Shown here in pieces: positions 49,926-62,100 of a DNA stretch of 64,000 bases. The position numbers and the translations under genes were made by a program. Source of the stretch: Malacoraja senta. Taxonomy: Eukaryota. The stretch is taken from NCBI GenBank assembly GCA_038087875.1, contig JAXLNO010000322.1:186001-250000 (forward strand), given 5' to 3'. The notes beneath the pieces are model-generated. The model did not search any database. It was given only the letters and a program-made list of their open reading frames with translations, and had not been told where the DNA came from. The number at the start of each line of letters is the position of its first letter. The stretch's first letter is position 1.

Positions 49926-50934
49926 GATCACTTGCCAGGCTTTGTTTTCTCCCCCTCGCCCCTCTGGACAAGCCTGTCGGACACCTGCTTCACACTTATG
50001 TTCTGCCTCCACAATCAGCAATTCGGAAAAACTGCAACTCTTCCCGGCGCTTTTTAAAACCTTTTTCTTGTTAAAAAGCAGACACTTACTTCCAGCAAGA
50101 TGGCTCTTCTCCCTCTGGCTTCAGTTTTTGCGGTAGAAATAATCCCAATGATCCTCTGCTTCCATTGTATTTGATACTTTGGTTTTGTATATTAACTCCT
50201 GAATGTTCTTGATCCTATACCCACCTTTCTCAGCTGTGGTATTTTCACAATTGTTTCTTGGTTCTTACAAATCATTACTCCATGCTATTTGTTTTTAAGA
50301 ACAAAGTCTTCCCTGGGTGCCACACTTTACCTACATACTTGTGCACTAGAGTGAACTTCGAAAGGCATCATTGCTGCAGAGATGAGTTTTTAAGTGGAGA
50401 TGGCCTCTTGGCTGCCTTCATCGTCCCACAAAAAAGAGAGCACCTGCCTCATAGTACATGTGATAATGTCCTGTTGACTTCTTGACCTGCAAGTGAGTTA
50501 TAAAAGCTAGTCCTAGCACAATGAAGGTGTGGGGAAAGAATATCTAGCTTGTTTCAGTGGAATGCAAAACAGGTGGGCTGCTTTGAATAATGATCTCAAC
50601 TATGGGAATGGTGTTGGAGATGCATTAATTGATGCAAATGGAAAACTTCGGGACATGAGTAGATGGGTTACTACAATCCCTGACCAGTTCTTGTAGCCAC
50701 AGTAATTGTGTTTGATCTAGTTAGGTTCTGGCCAGTGATGACCCCAGAATGTTGCTGTGACTTGGCAATGCTAATGCGATTGAACATCATCTGTATGCAG
50801 TTCGATTTTCCATTTTTGGAGCTGATCTTTGATTTTTCTGTGTATGAATGTTACTTGCCACTGTTTAGTCTACGCTGAATGTCGTCCAGATTCAGCTGAA
50901 TGCTGGACATGAACTATTTAATTTTCTAAAGATT

Positions 50935-51178
50935 ATAGAGTGATACAGTGTGGAAACAGGCTCTTCTGCCCAACTTGCTCACATCAGCCAACATGTCCCA
51001 GCTACATTAGTCCCACCTGCCTGCGTTTGGTCCATATCCCTCCAAACCAGTCCTATCCATGTACCTGTCTAACTGTTTCTTAAATGTTGGGATAGTCCCA
51101 GTCTCAACTACCTCTTCTGGCAGGTCGTTCCATACACCCATCGGCCTTTGTGTGATAAAGTTACCCCTCAGATTCCTA
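50935..51178 (-). mobile_element. CR1-type LINE 3' end
   Basis: NLRGNFITQR..GVWNDLPEEVVE.GTI..FKKQLDRYMDR..LEGYGPNAGRWD; a similar plus-strand copy lies at 59865-60135. Confidence 0.8.
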
Positions 51179-51211
51179 GGAGAGTGACACCACATTTTAG
51201 GAGGCACACAC

Positions 51212-51780
51212 TGTGAATCTCTCGATTTTCTCTTACATCGCTTGTTTCGACAATAATCGACCGGACATCTGGGTTGGTTTAAATGTACGTTTATTCAGCA
51301 GGAGTCTTTACACAGGTTAGCAACCTAGCAAAGAGTCAAGCTCTATGCCTTTATTCGTAATGCCTTATATACTTTAATGCTACGGTTTATGCCTCCCATA
51401 TTACACAATCAAGCAATCAGACACGTATGCGTTGGTCAGGATAACAGGCACGTACATATTGGGAGATGTTATTTAGTGGAACAATACTAGAGATAAGACG
51501 GGTACATTCCTCAGCCTTCTGGGCGCGGCGGTTTGTATATTCCTCAGACTTCTGAGCGCCAGCCATCTCAGTCAGACGGGTGCGGGTAATACCATAGTCG
51601 CGAATATGCAGTAACAGCAGGACAATGTGTATTTCTCATGACCACAACTTCCTGAAACGTGCAGCTACATATTCAGCAACTTTGGTCAGCATACATTTTG
51701 TTTTAATCCAGTCCACCTGGCCAAACCATTTTACCTTCACAGAACAATCTTACAGCGTTTATTCAAAATTTACATTCACA
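51212..51780 (-). mobile_element. Solo LTR (569 bp)
   Basis: TGTGAAT...ATTCACA 7-bp inverted ends; ACAC duplicated at 51208-51211 and 51781-51784; minus-strand TATATAA near 51365 and AATAAA near 51290. Confidence 0.8.
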
Positions 51781-51980
51781 ACACCACATTTTAGGAGGCA
51801 CAAACCACATTTTCTCCCTTGATAATAATTTTACAGTAACTTGCATTTTGTGGACTGTTAAATAAAGGTGGCACGTGGGTGTAGCGTTAGAGCTACTGCC
51901 TTACTGCGCCAGAGACCTGGGTTCGATCCTGACTACGGATGCTTGTCCATACGGAGTTTGTACCTTTTCCCCATGACCTG

Positions 51981-52410
51981 CACGTGCCATCAGGGTAGGC
52001 AAGGTAGGCACTGCCTACCCTGACTAAAATTATAAAATGGTCATTATTAAATATAAATAGTAAAGGCACGGGAGAATTATGCCTACCTATGAGATCGATC
52101 TCTTACATAGGCATAATTCTCCCATGCCTTTCATCTGCAGTACATGTAATACGTGAAAGTATGTGCAGCTCACGTGCCGTCGACGCTGCTTCAAACCTTC
52201 AATGACAAGGGGAGCTGAATCTAGCTGAAATTCTGCCTTTACACCGTGGTCTGTGCATGCGCAGCGCAAGTTTCTTGGTGGGTTTTTCAAACATGGATCG
52301 TCCTTATCTTAAGAGTACCTTATGAAACAAAGAGAGAAGAACGTAGTTAGTGTACAAATAATGTGGTAAGTAGATTTCTTTGAGCTTTATGTTTTTAAAT
52401 ACCGTATTTT
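51981..52410. repeat. Unclassified interspersed repeat (DNA-transposon-like end); second copy at 61335-61750
   Basis: Shared GGCAAGGTAGGCACTGCCTA.CCTGACTAAAATTATAAAATG ... ATACCGTATTT; terminal palindrome TCAGGGTAGGCA...TGCCTACCCTGA. Confidence 0.7.
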
Positions 52411-52664
52411 CCGGCAATGAAGACGCTATTGTTTACCCAAAAATAAGGTACGACAATTTACCTGCAAGCCGAAGGTTAGGTTGTTAGCCAAGAAAGATAG
52501 ACTTGGTTGTTCCTCAGTACAGCAACATCAAGAACGATGTTGCTGTACTGAGGGATAGCCAAGTCTATCCCTCATTGCTGGCAGCTGATGGGAAGCGGCT
52601 GTAAAGTGGGAAGCGGTCGTAAAAGGACAGCGCTGCTGGGGGGTTCCAATACCGAAAGGGGCTG

Positions 52665-53085
52665 CTCCTTGCCTTCTGGCTGCACTTCACACCCACCATC
52701 CTCATCTTTGGACAAACTGTGCGTGGGGCCGAAGATGTCCTAGTTGGGTTGTTCATAGGCCTGGTCAAGCTGGCCATCCACAAGGCCCAGCACCAGGTGG
52801 AAGAGGGCTCTACCCGAGCCTGCTAGCTGCCCCTTTTCCGGCATCACGTCTATGCCCGGTTAGTTTTAGAAAGGGACTATGCGTTGTCCACGGGCTCCCT
52901 GGGGGATTTCCGGGACCACTGAGCACCGTGGGACGAGGAAAGCACCCTCAATAAGGATGGTGATAGTTGTATAGTAGTATATTCAGTATATTTGTTTGAC
53001 CTGTATTATGGTGGTGGGTTTTGATTTGATTTATTTTGTACTGTACATATTATTGTAAATAATTAAATTATTTTTGGTTAAAAAA
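52665..53085 (+). mobile_element. Tx1-type L1 3' fragment
   Basis: FWLHFTPTILIFG...DVLVGLFIGLVKLAIHK...LPLFRHHVYARLVLERDYALSTG, then an AT-rich 3' UTR. Confidence 0.7.
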
Positions 53086-53329
53086 ACTGTTCTGTTGTAT
53101 CACCGGTGGTGCCGAGTCAGCGTACAAAAGAGAGAGAGAATATCTGGTTGAGTGTTGTCAGCATTAATTTGAACAATAAAAAGGATTTAAATTTAGTTGC
53201 TACAAATCTGAAACCTTTCACACACAAACACAAAAGACTTCCTTGTGCAGAGTTTAGTTTAGTTTAAAGATACAGCACAGAAACAGGCCCTTCGCCCCCC
53301 TGAACATCGACACGCTAGGTACAATATTT

Positions 53330-54150
53330 ACAATTTTCCCCATGACCTGCAGGCTTTAACCTGCTTTCCCGTTGGCTCCATCCAATATGCTTTGACGTGG
53401 GTGACTGTTGTCTTCTCACTAATCCGTACTCCAGTGTCAATACCAAAGAGAACCGTCACTACATGGGTACAAACTACTGCAAGCCCTGCCTTGCAATCAC
53501 AGTGGGCACTGTATATCTGGCCATTTGTCCCAATAACCCACGGCATCAATGGCTTAGAATTCACGCCGACAGCTTGTGAGTGCAGAACCTGTGGTACGAG
53601 GATAATTGAAAAGAAAAAGTGTTAAAATAGCTTCCAATAAGTAATAGCATAAATAACATAAGTAAGTAATAGCATTATGATAGAAAACTTACTTTTCCGC
53701 ACACCACTCATAAGTCTGGAGAATTATTTGTGATGTATACACTAGTGTCGTGTAACCAACCATTAGCAAACTGATTGTAAGCCTCAGCTAACTTGTTGGC
53801 CTGAAAATTCTTTGCTGTGTATGGACGGGGCGTTGAGATGAGGTAGGCCATGATGTCCATGGAATTAAGTTCTGGCAGTTGGGAGATGTCATGGGATCTC
53901 TCAGCTTCAGGCACTAAATAATGATCAATACCATTCAAGGAGACTATTTGGACATATTATTTGTACTCAGCTGCGAGATTTGAGGCATACTGTGACAATT
54001 GAACGGATGTGGGGGCAGAGGACGGGCTCGCTACACTGGAAGCCGTGGTGAGTGCTTACCTGCAGTTCACCGCGTGTACTCCAGTTGGCCTTGCGTGGCA
54101 ACAGTACAGGTCACGGGTCGTGACCTCGACAGCCGTGCAACCTCCCTATA
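53330..54150 (-). mobile_element. ISL2EU-like DNA transposon end carrying a two-exon SWIM-finger gene fragment
   Basis: Terminus TATAGGGAGGTTGCACGG. Exon 1 ...DIMAYLISTPRPYT...EAYNQFANGWL...VRK; GT-AG intron about 53692-53590; exon 2 VLHSQ...PW...SAHCDCKAGLAVVCTHV...KAYW. Confidence 0.72.
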
Positions 54151-54405
54151 GTCTGGGTTGGGTCTGAACTGGGATGTCTGGAACCGGAGCTGGAATCCAC
54201 GAGGTAAAAGATGGATGCGCAGGCAAGTCCCGAGAAAACAAATGTGGTGTGGTAACGGATCTGGGTTACGACGTGGTCGTAGAGTCGAAGGGAAGGAGGA
54301 ATCACAGAGGGGGAGCAGTGAGAGAGGATGTTGCTGAACTCTCATCGGAAAGAGGAGGAAAACTTCAAAGTAGACATATCTTGAGGAGATTTCGCAGTGG
54401 AGTGG
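54151..54405 (-). mobile_element. Probable Penelope-like ORF N-terminal remnant
   Basis: HICFLGTCLRIHLLPRGFQLRFQTSQFRPNPDYR on the minus strand, next to a pLTR-type motif at 54430. Confidence 0.5.
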
Positions 54406-54456
54406 ATAATATGTTTAAGAGGACAATATGTTTAAGAGAAACTGCAGATGCTGGTT

Positions 54457-56393
54457 TGGCAAGGGACCTATAAAGTTCAAATAAATTAAATCGAAAGATT
54501 TCAACCCTGGCCACCAATAGCACATTTGTGAAGGGGCCATCATGGCATGTAATCCATTATGTGCCATGCCCAAGCCTTGGTGTGCTTCTTGTGATAAACC
54601 AATTATGTCTCATATGGAAGGTATCAGCTGTAACCCTTTGATGGGAAGGTTGACCACAATCTTTCCATCTGGGTCTTTGCTCTATGTATATCTGGCGGGA
54701 TAGCGGGGTGTTTTGATCCATTAGCTGCTTGAGAACCAAATCTTGGTTTTACCGTCTCTGTGTTCTTGTGACTACACACACCTTTGTCATGTTTGGTGTT
54801 AAGGAGACAGCAATTTTTTCCATCTGGTCTGCCAGGTTATTCCCGTATGCATGAAGCCCCTTTTTTGTGTGGGCTTCTACATGGATTATCTCTAAACGGG
54901 GATAGGTCTTTTGTATGTTTGCCAATTATTTCCAGTCTTCAGCATTGCTTTTGAGCCAAGGTTTGTAAAGCCATTATGTTGCCATAGAGTAAGATCCATT
55001 TTATATCCTTTGAATTGGACCATCACTGCCACAGGCAATGATGGTCCAATTCTATATTGCCATCGTAGGGTCTTTCCTCACCTTCTCCATCATGGTCTGG
55101 TTTTGCTCAGCCACCAAACACGACATCCGGAGGCAGCAGCGAATCGTTCGTTCAGCTGAGAAGGTTGTTGGCTGCAAACTCCCCCCCCCCATTGACGAAC
55201 TGTACACTGCAAGGGCCAGGAAGCGAGCGGGTAAGATCATCTCTGACCCCTCTCACCCTGGCCACAAACTCTCTGGAAGGCGACTCCGGACTGTCAAAGC
55301 CGCCACAGCCAGACATGAAAATAGCTTTAAGAAAAAACAACAAATTAAAATATTTTCCTCGGGTGTAATCTGGGCTCTTGCAATTGCCAAGATCACCGCC
55401 TGAACCTCTGCATATTGTGCAGAATGATGTCCCAGACCTATTTGTAGGGTCTTTACACTTTTGAAAACTGTGGGAGATAAGAATCTTCCAATTATCACCC
55501 CGGCTCCAGCACAAGATTTAATGCCTTCTCCTTTAATTCTACATGATGGAGATGAGCCATCACAGTAAATGACTACTTCATATTGTTCGAGAGAAAGTGT
55601 ATGTGGTATGTCTAACTGTATAGTTTCAAAAGTATTATCAGCTGCTGGTGGCAAATAGAGAATGTCAATCAAATCGTAATTATATTTCCATTCTAAGGTT
55701 TCATCTAAGAGGAGGTCTGTCCATTGGTAGCATGTCTGTGTTGTACAGACATGCTGATTGTACTTCGCTGGTCGGGGATATTAGTGTGCATTTTGATTTT
55801 ATGATCTGCAGAAAGGTCAGGCCTTTTGTTATGCCTGCATTGCTAATGCAAAAACGTTTTCTTTTAACTTATAATGTTGTTTAACTGTAGAGAAATTATA
55901 GGAGTAGAAACCTACTGGCTCTTTGTCTCCTTTGTTGGAAAAGGCCGCTAACTGTTGTCCCACTAATAATTGGACAATTAATGGAACTGACACACCCCTC
56001 TGTTTTGGTCTATAGCTGTCTGTACTGCAGCTGCCAATTTCTTCCAGGCCTCATAGTCGTGGGCCATGAAATGGAATTTTTCTGTTCGACTACCATCCCC
56101 AATTATTTTGTATAAAGGCTGGGAAAGTTCTGCAAAGGACGAGACAAAGATCCTTCCTAAATTTAACAGGCCTAAGGCAGCCTGTAAGTTTTTTGAGTAC
56201 TAATATAGGGTGTCCTATATAGTGATTTTTTCCTGAAACTCTTCTGTTAGTCCTCTACTGTCGCCAGTCATTTTGAATCCAAGAATGGTCACTTTGGGCC
56301 TTATATAGACTGATTTTTTAATATTAATTTTATATCCATAGTCTTTTAGTCTAGAAAATACTGTGTCTCTCATATGTAGGACTTTGTCTAGAC
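54457..56393 (-). pseudogene. pol: Foamy-virus-like endogenous retrovirus pol remnant (RT C-terminus, tether, RNase H, integrase N-terminus)
   Basis: GYKINIKKS..LGFKMTGDSRGLTEEF; LQAALGLLNLGRIFVSSFAELSQPLY; VIYCDGS..AGAG..IGLGHHSAQYAE; WQHNGF; HVEAH..HAYGNNLAD; YPARYT..DGKIVV..LIP..AH..AH.G..YWWPGL; FDLIYLNFIGPLP. Confidence 0.8.
55025..55340 (+). mobile_element. Rex1/Babar LINE 3' fragment inserted into the foamy-like RNase H
   Basis: AMMVQFY.AI..S.LTFSIMVWF.SA...QRIVRSAEKVVG..LP.IDELY..R.RKRAGKIISDPSHPGH.L.SGRRLR. Confidence 0.8.
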
Positions 56394-57003
56394 CAGTGAT
56401 TCCCAAAGTTTTGATACCCGTGTACCCCTTCATAAAGTTTCATCTTGTACCCCTCGTTAAAACAATTGTATTTCATTGTAAAAGTCGTTAAAAATTGCAT
56501 AAATTTTTATTTTGGATTAAGGTATGAATGTAAACAAAGTTTGTCTATAATATAATGTATAATTACTAGAATAAAATTAATAAAGTATCCATTAAATAAA
56601 TCTTTAATTAAAATAATTTATCATCAATGTGAAGGATGAAATTGCATATGTTGGGAAAAATGTAGGCAAAATTTGTATCTGTACTTGTTAATTTGAACCT
56701 CAGTTGCGGTTTGACATCTAATATGTGGTTCCTCTTCTTTGAATTAACGTCCACAAGAGCAGAACATCCAACTTCACACACGTGTGAGCTTGGAAATGGA
56801 AAAATGAACTTTAGGGCTTTATCTGACAATTCTGGAAATTCATTTTGTGTTTGTAACTAAAATGAAGATAATGTGTTCTCTTTATATTAGTTTTTTAAGA
56901 ATCCATCAGAAGCTAATTCCAAAAGTTATTCTGCTTCTGTTTGTAACAGACCTTTTGGCACTGATTGAATGATGTTGAATGGGCATCTTATCCACTCAAT
57001 ATC
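56394..57003 (-). mobile_element. hAT (Charlie/Buster-type) transposon 3' end
   Basis: Terminal repeat CAGTGATTCCCAAA after GTCTAGAC (NTCTAGAN target); dimerisation-domain tail FPFPSSHVCEVGCSAL...KKRNHILDVKPQLRFKL. Confidence 0.82.
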
Positions 57004-59139
57004 TATAGGGCGATTGCACGGTAGATCAGAAGGTCAATGTGTGTGACCCACGGAGTCGCTCAAGCGTACTGGAGGACAAGCAAGCCTCCGGCATACACTC
57101 GTCACTCACGCAACACGTACTACCGCTATTCAAAATTTCATTCGACGTTCTTCCCTGGAAAATATCAACAAAATAAAGATGTGAACCAAGTTGTTTGGTG
57201 AAAGCTACAGTGTTTAAGGTGGACACTTAAAGGCAAACTTCTGTATCTGCATTAGCATCTACGAGGTCATAGTTAAACTCGGGGAGACACTGTTGTGAAC
57301 TGAGCAGGAACTTAGGAACAGTGAACCAGTTGGTGTCCATCAAATGACATGCAGAAACAGATCGTGTAGCATGATCTGCTGGATTCTGTTCCATGGACAC
57401 ATAGTAGCGATGTTACAATACTTACCTTCAGCGGCACTGCAATTCTGCCACTGGCCGTGTGCGCGACTTTGGCGCCTTTGAGGGGGGGGCGGGATTAAAA
57501 TGCCGTTTTGTACTGCCTGTCTGAGGTGGACTTCCTCGGGCTGCTAGCTGCTGATGAAAAATCGATCGGAATTTCGTTCACGCTATATTTTTAAAAAAAA
57601 TTGCTGGACAATTTAATATTTGGATCAAAATAAAAGGCGACTTCGAACGCCCTCAACGCCTAGAACATGACGTATCGCATGAACGGGACAAAACAAAGGG
57701 TAAGTCATCTATTTTACATATAATCTTGCTTCTTGAGATGGCTTTAATCTAATTTTACGTTGCGAAAATGTTACTCGGGCCCCATACGAACCGGCAATGT
57801 TTTTCCTGCCGATATGGTGTTCAAATTAATTGCAAATGCAACGTTCCAATCGATCGCGTTCCAGAAGCAAGATGATTAAAATGACCATTTTTTTGGGACA
57901 ATCATGTCATAAGCTGTCCAAATTGTTTATATTTTGTGTTATTCTCTCTCCATGATCATTATTTTTAAACTAAATATTCACAACAGTTTGTGTCACATGT
58001 ATTGTGCAAAAAACAATAATTTTGATTATATTTTGAGGGGATTTCTGATTAATTTATGGGAATTAAACATTAAATTCCTTCCATCTGGCATATAAATTCA
58101 TGACAGTGAGATTTAAAAATCATGTTATATTGTGAATTCCTGTGTGAATGGGATTAGTTTGTTATTTGGATACTAAAGGGCCTGTCCCACCAGCATGCGA
58201 TAGCATGCGTCTAGCGCGACCGAACGTGGTCGCTTGACGCGTACGGCCTCGCGGGGCCGGTCCCACTTCGATCGCCGTAGGCCTATGGAGTTGTGCGGGG
58301 CTGGTCCCGACATCGCGCGGGGCTCCAAAAATCTTGCACTGTCCGAAAATCCCTCGCGACAACGGCCTGTCGGCCCGCAGCTGCATTGAGGCCGTACGCA
58401 GCGCCTCGGCGGGCGTACGCAGCGCCTTGACGTCGTATGCAGCGTCTTGACGGCGTACACCAAGAGCATGGCATTGCGCGATGGCGTCACGGCCCGGCGT
58501 GCCATTGCATAATGACGACGTCGTGCGACGTCCAAACTCAGTCGGCCCGCCTCTTGCCCAGCTGATTGGTGATTATGATGTCGGGACCAGCCCCGCACAA
58601 CTCTAGACGTCTCCGCGGTTGGAAGTGGGACCGGCCCCGCGAGGCCGTACGCCTCAATCCACCATGTTTGGTCGCGCTAGACGCATGCAATCGCATGCTG
58701 GTGGGACAGGCCCTTAAGGCTTTTAAAAAAAATCTTTTTCTTAAGAAATGGAATATACAGGACATTCTTAATGGGAAAGTAGTGGGCAGAAAATTCTTTG
58801 CTGTGTATGGACTGGGCGTTGAGATGAGGTAGGCCATGATGTCCATGGAATTAAGTTCTGGCAGTTGGGAGATGTCAGGGGATGTCTCAGCTTCAGGCAC
58901 TAAATAATGATCAATACCATTTAAGGAGACTCTTTGGACATATTGTTCGTACTCCTCAGCTGCGAGATTTGAGGCATACTGCGACAATTGAACGGATACG
59001 GGGGCACAGAACGGGCTCGCTACACTGCAAGCCATGGTGAGTGCTTACCTGCAGTTCACCGCGTGTACTCCAGTTGGCGTAGCGTGGCAACAGTACGGGT
59101 CATGGGTCGTGACCTCGACTGCCGTGCAACCTCCCTATA
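57004..59139. mobile_element. ISL2EU-like element segment bounded by inverted termini
   Basis: Left end TATAGGGCGATTGCACGG; right end, reverse-complemented, TATAGGGAGGTTGCACGG. 58790-59139 repeats exon 1 of the SWIM gene. Confidence 0.6.
58177..58714. mobile_element. PIF/Harbinger MITE
   Basis: Long terminal inverted repeats AGGGCCTGTCCCACCAGCATGCGA...; TAA duplicated at 58174-58176 and 58715-58717. Confidence 0.9.
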
Positions 59140-62100
59140 GTCTGGGTTGGGTCTGAACTGGGATGTCTGGAACCGGAGCTGGAATCCACGAGGTAAAAGA
59201 TGGATGCGCAGGCAAGTCTCGGTGGTCAGCGTGGACTCGGTGGGCCGAAGGGCCTGTTTCCACGCTGTATCTCTAAACTAAACAGACATAGTAATACAGC
59301 AGGTAGAGCTGCTGCGTCACAGCGCCAGAAACCCGGGTTCGATCCTCACCTTGGGTGCTGTATATGTGGAGTTTGCATGTTCTCCCTGTGACCACATGGG
59401 TTTCCTCGAAAGACATGAAGGTTTGTAGGTTAATTGGCTGTAAATTGCCCCTCGCGTGTGGGGAGTGGATGAGAAAGTAAAATAACATAGAACTAGTGTG
59501 AATGGGTGATCGATGGTTGGCGTGGACTCGGTGGGCCGAAGGGCCTGTTACCATGCTGTATCTTTCAATCAATCATTTGTTCACCCGACTGCAGGCTGCA
59601 ATGTACTACGTTTAAAATGGGTACTTCACAAATTTCTTGTCACCAGATCTCTTTTAATGAAAGTGGATTTGATTCTGAGTAATTACATATTAATATAAAA
59701 TAACTTCAAGGCTGGTTGAAGCACGTCATCAAGAGAGAATTGCTCCCAGCTAAAGATCAACGGTCACAGACACTTGGCACCTGTTGATAAACTAAACGCA
59801 GACATTTATAATTGGTCACGTTAGACAAGAATAGACAATCATTTTTATTCAGTGTATGAGAACCAAGAACACAAGGACACAGGTTGAAGGCGAAGGGTGA
59901 AAGATTTATTGGGAACCTGGGGGGGAACCATTTCTCACAGAGAGTAATGGGTATATGGAACCAGCTGCCAGAGGAGGTAGTTGAGGCAGGTATTATAACA
60001 ACATTTAAAAGACACTTGGACAGGTTCATGGATAGGAAATGTTTAGAGGGATATGGGCCAAATGCGATTATTGTGGATGGGTATCTTGGTTAGCATGGGC
60101 GAGGTGGGCCGAAGACTCTATTTCCGTGCTGTGTGACCATTCCCTCAGGCAGAGCATTCCAGATTCCAGCCCCTATCTGGAGAAAATCCCCCCCAAATCT
60201 TTCTAAGCCTTCCACCTTGATTTATTATATCGTCTGAAAAAGGGTCGCAACCCAATATATCACCTATCCATGTCATCCAGAGATGCCACCTGACACACTG
60301 AATTACTGCATCATTTTAGACAATAGGTGCAGGTGTAGTCCCATTTGGCCCTTCGAGCCAGCACCACCCTTCAATTTCTGTCTTTCCTTGATAAACCAGT
60401 ATCTACAGTTCCTCATTCCAGCATGGAAACAGGCCCTTCGGCCCATTGAGTCCATGCTGACCATCGATCGTGTTCACACTAGTTCCTTATCTTTATACAT
60501 TGATACTATCCCCCTTTATGTAAAGACACCACCATGGGAAAAAGCTTCTCACTAACCATCCGAAATACACCTCATAATTTTGTATATCTCGCCCATCACT
60601 GGGCAGCACCGTGGCGCAGCGGTAGTGTTGCTGCCTCACAGTACCAGACCCAGGTTCAATTCCGACTATGGGTGCTGTTTTTACGGAGTTTGCACGTTCT
60701 CCATCTGACCGCGTGGGTTTCCTTCCACATTCCAAAGACATGCAGGTTAATTGGCATCGGTAAAATTGTCCCTAGTGTGTAGGGTAGTGCAAGTGCATTG
60801 GGATCACTGGTCAGTGTGGACTCCGTGGACCGAAGGGCCTGTTTCTGTGCTGTATCTATAACAAAACACCGTCTCCTGTATAACCAAGTCTCCAGTCCAG
60901 CCAAGCTCTATGTGTAAAAAAACAAACAGCTGATATACCCAGCGGGCCATGCAGCATCTGTGGAGTGAATGGACGGTTCCTCTCCTCTCTGTCCCTGAGG
61001 CTGGGTCAGAGTGCGATGCAAATTGGGCTCTGGAAACAGTCACATAACATCACACGTATTATGTAGACGGGACACACGAAGCAGTAAATGCCGGAACCCG
61101 GAGCGACAACGTGCTGGATCAACTCTGAGGGTCGGGCAGCATCTGTAGAGGCAAATTGACAGGCGACGTTTCAGGGCGGAACTCTTCTTTGCAGCAATGG
61201 AGTAGAGCGGAGAAATATGGTAGAGAGAGATGTGAGGGGAAGGGGTGGGGCAGGAGGTGGCAAGTGATAGGTGCAAACAGTGAAACTAGATGCTGGTATA
61301 CAAAAAAAGGACACAAAGGAGTAACTCGGTGTGAGGCAAGGTAGGCACTGCCTAGCCTGACTAAAATTATAAAATGTAATTATTAAATCTAAATATAATA
61401 TAATATAAAATCTAAGCGATCGATCTCTTAGGTAGGCATAATTCTCTGTGCCTTTCATCCGCAGCACTTGCAACACACGAAGGTCTGTGCAGCCCACGTG
61501 CCGTCAGCGCTGCTTCAAGCCGTCAATGACAAGCGGGGCTGAAGGCAGCTGAAATGCTGCCTTTGCAATACTGCGCAGGTGCAGCAGCCCACTGCACATA
61601 CGCAGCGCTAGTTTCTTGGCGGGTTTTTCAAATATGCATTGTCATTATCTTAAGTGTATCTTAGGAAACAAAGAGATAAGAATGGAGTTTGAGTACCAAT
61701 AATGTGGTCGGTAAATCTCTTGGTGCTATATGTTTTTATATACCGTATTTCGTGGGGGGAGAGGAAGAGGAAGAGCTCCTTTCACAGTGTTTGGGGAATC
61801 TGGGTAAATTTGTGGGGAGGGTAGGAGCGTTGTGAAAGGGGGGGATGGGGATTATGCCAGTAACCCACTTGCGACGCTCCGGGCACGAAGCCACCGCATT
61901 CTGCCCGGGGAGTGAATTAGCTCGGGTGGCTGCGACCGGCCGCTGGGACGGACAGCTCCTTCTGCCGGCCCCCGCTCACCTCTGGCAATGCTCTCCGTCT
62001 GAAAACCTCTCTCCTCACAATTATTCCACTCTTTCAAATCTCTAGAGGCAATTGGAAAACATTTATATAGATCAGGCATAGAATTTACATTAAATGATTC

